Positions 58,478 through 64,000 of a stretch of 64,000 bases of DNA are shown here, in pieces (within the stretch, counting starts at the first letter, position 1; each line of letters begins with the position of its first letter). Made by a program: the position numbers and the translations under genes. The notes under the pieces were generated by a model. The model was given only the letters and a program-made list of their open reading frames with translations, ran no database searches and was not told the origin of the DNA. The stretch comes from an uncultured virus (IMG/VR IMGVR_UViG_3300042878_002054). Lineage: Duplodnaviria; Heunggongvirae; Uroviricota; Caudoviricetes. The DNA is taken from the IMG/VR virus record IMGVR_UViG_3300042878_002054; one strand, given 5' to 3'.

Positions 58478-58689
58478 GATTCGTAAATTTTGCGAACCTT
58501 TGATCTTCTACCTGAAGTTCTGTTAATATCCTTCCATTCTTTCATAAGAGTTGCCTCTATTTCAGAGACATGGTCCATACCATACATACTCTGTAAATCA
58601 GTCGCTAGCTCGCGGGTCCATTGAGCACGCAAAGGTCTTGTCTCTGTTTTTACTTCAACAGAGGTCATCTTTAAATCTATAGATTTCAT
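58474..58689 (-). CDS. 71-aa protein resembling the central helix segment of a gp23-type major capsid protein, with C-terminal tag
   Basis: TRPLRAQWTRELATDLQSMYGMD..SEI...L..E...INR resembles gp23 SRQLKAAYSIELAQDLRAVHGMDADAEL..IL..EI..EINR; ends RRSKVRKIYES. Confidence 0.75.
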   Translation of the reverse strand: MKSIDLKMTSVEVKTETRPLRAQWTRELATDLQSMYGMDHVSEIEATLMKEWKDINRTSGRRSKVRKIYES

Positions 58690-60059
58690 TATTTGATTGG
58701 AGCTTTAGGTTCTTCTTCTACTACTTGTTCTTCAGGAATCGCAGGTCCTTTACCACCTTTACCTTTTTTCTTTTTGTCTGTCGCAGCACCTTTTGTGAAC
58801 TCATCATATACGTCAGGATAAACTTCACCTTCCGCATCAGTATCGTATTGAATATCGAAGAAATCACCAAAGTCTAATAAACCAGACCTCGTAAGTTCAA
58901 GTTCATGAATCTTATTTAGATAGTTATCAATGTGTTTACTGATATCATCTATGAAAAGATTTAAAAGTTTTACGGTATTTTCTGTAAAAACTCCGATTGG
59001 TTTTTTTCTTTTTTTGTTAAAAGAACCTAATATCACTTTGAATATGTACTCAAGTTTTGGACTTTCGTTTATGTATTCTTTTGTAAGTTTATTTTCAATC
59101 AATTCTGTGTTTATCTTAAACTTGTCTTTATCAAAAAATTCAGGAACTATAAACTCAAAATCTAATAAGTCTTGTTTTAGTTCTCCAATATAGAAGTTAA
59201 AAAGTTTACACATCAAATAGATATAGATGTCATCTTTTTTCTCTCCTTTCATTTTTATATCCTTTAAGTCTATCGATTGACAGAAATTCAAAAAGTTCAC
59301 TAATATCAAAGTGTATATTTCAACAAAGTCGGTGCTATTTGAATCACTTACTCTTGTGTAGAGAGGGTTTAAAAGTTCAAAAGAAACATCTTTTATTTTT
59401 GATCGAATTATTAACTTTTCAATGTTTGATTGGAATTCGTCTTCCATTAAGAAAGAGTTTTCTGATGCAGGATTAAGTATTTTGTAAAAGAAGAAAGCAA
59501 AGTTTTTTTCTCCAAAAACATATTCTAAATCTTCTTCACTTGTATTTAAGAAGTATTTAATGGCTTCTATCATTCTTTCTGATAAAACACCTTGAAACAT
59601 TATAGGAAGCATATCTACATCAAACAATCTAGCATATTCGTCTATCTCATCTATGATAAAATCATACTTTCCACTTTTATAGATTGCACTTAAAACAAGT
59701 TTGTTCTTAGGCATTCTTTCATATTCAATGTTTGCTGGTTGGTTGTCCGGAAAGTATTCAAAACAAAACCACCATTTTTTGTTCAAAAGAGATTTTACTC
59801 TTATATCTAAAGAGTTAAGATAATCTATTGCAGGATTGTAATAATTCTGCATTGCCAAATCGACAAGATTTATTTCTTGATTGCTTATAGACTTTGGTTT
59901 GATAGAAAAGTCTTTTCCATTCCAGTTTGCCCAGATTTTTGATCCTTGAACGTCTTCGAATACAACTATTTCGTTTGCGAAAATTTCGTCTAACAAAGTT
60001 TGACTTTCGGTTTCGTTAAGATTTATCAGTTTTCCCATATTTTTGTTATAGTCTTCCAT
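58689..60059 (-). CDS. Hypothetical protein with possible degenerate RNA-ligase (nucleotidyltransferase) fold
   Basis: VFEDVQGSKI resembles EKxDG without the Lys; FCFEYF; IEKLII; likely start at 60059 or 60038. Confidence 0.55.
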   Translation of the reverse strand: MEDYNKNMGKLINLNETESQTLLDEIFANEIVVFEDVQGSKIWANWNGKDFSIKPKSISNQEINLVDLAMQNYYNPAIDYLNSLDIRVKSLLNKKWWFCFEYFPDNQPANIEYERMPKNKLVLSAIYKSGKYDFIIDEIDEYARLFDVDMLPIMFQGVLSERMIEAIKYFLNTSEEDLEYVFGEKNFAFFFYKILNPASENSFLMEDEFQSNIEKLIIRSKIKDVSFELLNPLYTRVSDSNSTDFVEIYTLILVNFLNFCQSIDLKDIKMKGEKKDDIYIYLMCKLFNFYIGELKQDLLDFEFIVPEFFDKDKFKINTELIENKLTKEYINESPKLEYIFKVILGSFNKKRKKPIGVFTENTVKLLNLFIDDISKHIDNYLNKIHELELTRSGLLDFGDFFDIQYDTDAEGEVYPDVYDEFTKGAATDKKKKGKGGKGPAIPEEQVVEEEPKAPIK

Positions 60060-60116
60060 TTGATTTTTGTTTTTTATCAATAGGTTATATATATAAAATT
60101 GATATGGTGCTTTTTT

Positions 60117-60143
60117 AAACAAACATGTCGGGTACATATATAA
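60117..60143 (+). promoter_or_regulatory. Putative middle promoter AAAC-N18-TATAA
   Basis: Upstream of the glycosylation operon. Confidence 0.45.
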
Positions 60144-60149
60144 TGTCAT

Positions 60150-61088
60150 ATGAAGAAACTGCTATTTATTGTGCCTCATCTTTCCACAGGAGGAATGCCA
60201 CAATTCGTTTTAAAACAGATAGAGATTCTAAAAGAGGAATACGACATATCTCTTGTAGAATGGGAAAATATAACAGGTGGAGTATATGTCGTTCAAAGAA
60301 ATGCAGTAGAAAGTATTCTTGGTTCTAAGTTTTATAGTCTTAGTTTAAATAAAACAGAACTTCTGAGTATTTTGTCTGATGTCGAACCAGATATAGTTCA
60401 TTTTCATGAAATACCAGAAACGTTTGTCAATGTTGGAATACTAAACAACATCTATTCTGCAGATAGAGACTATCATATAGTAGTGACGACACATTCGTCA
60501 ACCACTAATCCATCTACTATAAAATATACTGCAGATAGATATGTTCTTGTTTCTGAATGGAGTAAAGATGTCTTTGATAAATTCTTCAAAGGTGAGATTG
60601 AGTGTGAGGTCTGGGAGTATCCTATTGAGAAATATGAATATGACAAAGATTCTGCAAAAGAAGAGCTAGGTTGGAACAAAGACTACAAACATATTTTGAA
60701 TGTTGGTTTATTTACAAGAGGTAAAAATCAAGGTGAGCTTTTTGAACTAGCAAAAGAATTCGAAAATGAAAAGGTTATGTTTCATTTCGTAGGAAATCAA
60801 GCAGTAAACTTCAAAGACTATTGGGGTCCTATTATGGAATCAATACCTAAAAATTGTATTGTTCATGGAGAACGAAACGACGTAGATAAGTTCTACAAAG
60901 CCGCAGACCTTTTTTACTTTACTTCCAACTTTGAATTAAGTCCTTTGGCAGTGAAAGAGGCTTTGAGTTATAACTTACCTACATTCATAAAAAAGTTACA
61001 CACATACAAAAACATGTATGATGAGAAAGTAACCTATATAGTAGGTGACAAATCTGAAAATAAAAAGAATATATTAAGATATGTATAA
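60150..61088 (+). CDS. GT4-family glycosyltransferase
   Basis: PHLSTGGMP, VG.F..GKNQ, AADLFYFTS.FELSPLAVKEALSY. Confidence 0.88.
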   Translation: MKKLLFIVPHLSTGGMPQFVLKQIEILKEEYDISLVEWENITGGVYVVQRNAVESILGSKFYSLSLNKTELLSILSDVEPDIVHFHEIPETFVNVGILNNIYSADRDYHIVVTTHSSTTNPSTIKYTADRYVLVSEWSKDVFDKFFKGEIECEVWEYPIEKYEYDKDSAKEELGWNKDYKHILNVGLFTRGKNQGELFELAKEFENEKVMFHFVGNQAVNFKDYWGPIMESIPKNCIVHGERNDVDKFYKAADLFYFTSNFELSPLAVKEALSYNLPTFIKKLHTYKNMYDEKVTYIVGDKSENKKNILRYV

Positions 61089-63102
61089 AGCATTGAAAAA
61101 AAATCCTAATCCAATAAAGGATGTAAATCCTATAAAATTTATATGCAACTACAACGAAGGTGCTTATTTAGAAGTTCAGTCGGAACTTGAAAGAAAATTC
61201 AAAGTTGAATTTACCAACTCAAAAGGTCAGATTGAATACTCTACTGAGATTGGATCAAATATGTGGTGTAGAACCAGTAAAAAATATGTAGAAGAATACA
61301 CATGTACCGTAAAGGACGAATCGGGTAAAATAGTCTTTGTTGAAAAGTACAATCCTACAGGCAAAAGAGTTTATATAACACTCGAATCAAAATCACTTGG
61401 TGATACTATGGCTTGGTTTCCTTATATTGACGAATTTAGAAAAAAGTGGAAATGTACTGTAGTTTGTTCAACATTCCACAACAATCTTTTTATAGACCAA
61501 TATCCTGATCTTGAGTTTGTATCACCAGGAACAAACGTGCCTGAAATATATGCAACCTATAGAATAGGTTTATTCTTTATGAATGAAAAAATTGATTATA
61601 GTAAGCATAGAAAAAATCCTACAAAGATTTCATTGTTAGAAATGGCTACAGATATACTTGGATTGGAATACTCTGAGATTAGACCAATATTGAGACCATC
61701 ACGAGTAGAAAAGAAAAAGAAAAGAGTTGGTATCGGAATGCATTCGACTGCACAGACGAAGTATTGGAACAACCCAACAGGATGGCAAGAGTTAACAGAC
61801 TTTTTGTTACTACAGGGTTATGAAGTAGTTATGATGTCTAAAGAGGCAGATGGTTATATGGGTAACTTTTATCCAAAAGGAGTTATTAAACTTCCAGAAA
61901 ACTCATTTGATGATTTGATTGATAATCTTTACTCTTGTGAGTTCTTTATTGGAATAAGTAGTGGACTTAGTTGGCTTGCTTGGGCGGTGAATATACCGGT
62001 AGTACTTATATCTGGATTTACAGGAGAGTATATGGAACCCACAGACAATGTAATAAGAATAATAGAAAAAAGTGTTTGTAACGATTGTTGGGCTAGACAT
62101 AAATTTGATCCAGGAGATTGGAACTGGTGTCCTGACCACAAAGGAACTCCAAGACAATTCGAATGTAGCAAATCGATAACACCGGAGATGGTCATCGAAT
62201 CTATGATATCAAACGGACTTTTAGGCGGAGAAAAGATTGTAAAGGACACTATAAAGTCTATCATATTCTATTCCGACGCAAACTACGAGTATCAAGCCAA
62301 ATCATTGGTGGAATCGATATTGATGAACACGGAAGAAGACATTAAAATGTTTTATTACACTATAGGATTTGAGTCTTCTATAGAACATGAAAGACTTACT
62401 AAAATCGAGATACCTATCGATGCGAGCAAGCCTACGGGATATAGAACTTTTGAGTTTTACAAACCAAACATTATATTAGAGCATTTGGATAGATTTGGTG
62501 GAAAAGCACTTTTCTTAGATACTGATATCATAGTAGGTAGAAGATTTGATATTAATTACTTTGAGAATAAAAACGATTATCCGTTATTGGCAAATGGTAA
62601 CTGGTCTTATCCTTATGCGTTTGAAGGAACACAAAGATATGACGAGGGTGCTTTGATGAAGTATTTTGGAGTATCTGAAAGATCAATGGAATATGTTTAT
62701 TCCAACATAATAAGCTTTTCTGAAAGATGTAGAGACTTTATAATGGAGTGGAAATCTATATGTGATAATCAGTATCTTCTTTCAAAGAGAAAAGTATTTT
62801 TCCCGTTTCCTGATGAGACTGCCATAAATGTAGTTCTTTGGAAAAGAAACGCGACAAAAAACCTTGGAAGAGTATATCTAAATACTTTAGAGTTTGAACC
62901 TTTTGAATATGTTGAGAAAAACGACGATATAAAAGGAGATCCTAAAATAAACAACGGAATAATGGGAAGTGATCTTTTAAGATGTGACAACTCATCTAAA
63001 ATAATGTTATATCATGGAATAAAAGATAAAGATGTTCTTGATAAAGTTGTTGAGTATATGAAAGTCAAAAATGAAAAAGTTAAATCTTTACAAACATTAT
63101 AA
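61081..63102 (+). CDS. Aah/TibC-like (autotransporter) O-heptosyltransferase fused to a GT-A-type domain
   Basis: SKSLGDTMAWFPY, STAQTKYWNNPTGW, FFIGISSGLSWLAWA, LISGF, CNDCW, WCPDH, FECSKSIT; C-terminal YKP and LFLDTD. Confidence 0.88.
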   Translation: MYKALKKNPNPIKDVNPIKFICNYNEGAYLEVQSELERKFKVEFTNSKGQIEYSTEIGSNMWCRTSKKYVEEYTCTVKDESGKIVFVEKYNPTGKRVYITLESKSLGDTMAWFPYIDEFRKKWKCTVVCSTFHNNLFIDQYPDLEFVSPGTNVPEIYATYRIGLFFMNEKIDYSKHRKNPTKISLLEMATDILGLEYSEIRPILRPSRVEKKKKRVGIGMHSTAQTKYWNNPTGWQELTDFLLLQGYEVVMMSKEADGYMGNFYPKGVIKLPENSFDDLIDNLYSCEFFIGISSGLSWLAWAVNIPVVLISGFTGEYMEPTDNVIRIIEKSVCNDCWARHKFDPGDWNWCPDHKGTPRQFECSKSITPEMVIESMISNGLLGGEKIVKDTIKSIIFYSDANYEYQAKSLVESILMNTEEDIKMFYYTIGFESSIEHERLTKIEIPIDASKPTGYRTFEFYKPNIILEHLDRFGGKALFLDTDIIVGRRFDINYFENKNDYPLLANGNWSYPYAFEGTQRYDEGALMKYFGVSERSMEYVYSNIISFSERCRDFIMEWKSICDNQYLLSKRKVFFPFPDETAINVVLWKRNATKNLGRVYLNTLEFEPFEYVEKNDDIKGDPKINNGIMGSDLLRCDNSSKIMLYHGIKDKDVLDKVVEYMKVKNEKVKSLQTL

Positions 63103-63115
63103 AAACAATAAAAGT

Positions 63116-63496
63116 ATGATTTTAGTAGAAGTAAGTATAGGTGAGATATTGGACAAACTGACAATATTGAGTATTAAAAAGAATCGTATTTCAGATCCTG
63201 AAAAACTTGTTCACATAGGGAAAGAGTATGATATATTAGAAGAGAAATCAAAACATTATCTTGATTCTAAAGAAGTGAAAGATTTGTTTGACGAACTCAT
63301 TGATGTAAATTTGAAGCTTTGGATAATCGAAGACGATTTGAGAGATTTAGAGTCACAGAAAAGATTCGATGATGAGTTTGTACAAAAGGCCAGGCTGGTA
63401 TACATGACCAACGACCTTAGATTTAAGTTAAAGAACCAAATAAACCAAATAACAAACTCTGGAGTTCAAGAACAAAAAGGATATAAGGTGTATTAA
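63116..63496 (+). CDS. DUF6165-like protein
   Basis: VEVSIGEILDKLTILSIK, N.KLWIIEDDLR, ARLVY.TND.R..LK..IN, EQKGY. Confidence 0.85.
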   Translation: MILVEVSIGEILDKLTILSIKKNRISDPEKLVHIGKEYDILEEKSKHYLDSKEVKDLFDELIDVNLKLWIIEDDLRDLESQKRFDDEFVQKARLVYMTNDLRFKLKNQINQITNSGVQEQKGYKVY

Positions 63497-64000
63497 ATGA
63501 AAAAGTTGATAATAATAGACACATATCCAAAAGCAGAGGAACATATAGATTGTCTAAACGAATGTGTAGATAGATTGTCAGGTAAGGGATATGACCTTAT
63601 GATAGTATCACACTATCCTGTTCCATTGGATATTCAAGAAAAGGTGGATTATTATATTTATGACAAAGAAAATATTTTAATGCCATACAATCTAACGCCA
63701 TATAGTTGGATGTCTAATGAATCATTTTACCTACAAGTAAATGCACAAGGACATGGTATTACTATATGTAAGAATATGTATAATGGTATATCAACTGCAA
63801 AGTCTTTAGGATACGATTTCTTCTTTTTTATGGAAGCAGACAATCTTCTTCATGAGGAAGATGTCATATTATTAGATAATCTTCAGTCCAAAATGAAAGA
63901 AGAAGATAAAAAAATGATATTCTTTAAAAGTAAAGAGGTTACTTATAACTTTTATGAGACATTGATATTTGGAGGATCACCAGAGTATTTTATGAATAGT
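63497..64000 (+). CDS. Partial CDS, likely a glycosylation-cluster protein; runs off the window
   Basis: MKKLIIIDTYP...IVSHYPVP..IQEKVDYYIYDKEN...FFMEAD; open to the window end. Confidence 0.75.
   Translation, partial: MKKLIIIDTYPKAEEHIDCLNECVDRLSGKGYDLMIVSHYPVPLDIQEKVDYYIYDKENILMPYNLTPYSWMSNESFYLQVNAQGHGITICKNMYNGISTAKSLGYDFFFFMEADNLLHEEDVILLDNLQSKMKEEDKKMIFFKSKEVTYNFYETLIFGGSPEYFMNS

Overview
The window is 64 kb of AT-rich, gene-dense DNA from a large T4-like (jumbo) bacteriophage, read in the standard genetic code. Recurrent TAnnTTTG promoter elements and A-rich leaders without Shine-Dalgarno sites point to a Bacteroidota host (inference). It encodes large virion/tail-fibre proteins, a RuvC-like nuclease, a DNA methylase, NrdA, a gp41-like helicase, a DinG-like helicase, the N-terminal half of a split family-B DNA polymerase, ThyA, a Nei glycosylase, peptidases and a glycosylation cluster with an Aah/TibC-type heptosyltransferase. 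Five observations stand out. (1) About 12-14 small proteins share an R-x-x-K-I-x-x-I-[FYL] tag, usually C-terminal. These include a chain of five overlapping micro-ORFs at 18.0-18.7 kb, four of them missing from the ORF track. (2) Three tagged ORFs look like stand-alone fragments of a gp23-type major capsid protein. (3) A Ro60/TROVE gene is preceded by two structured non-coding RNAs that share a closing-stem motif (Y-RNA-like). (4) About 15 late-promoter genes share an N-terminal motif resembling the T4 capsid-targeting sequence. (5) Three distinct promoter classes can be read. I found no tRNA, CRISPR array or transposase. All family calls rest on motif recognition by eye; no database searches were run.
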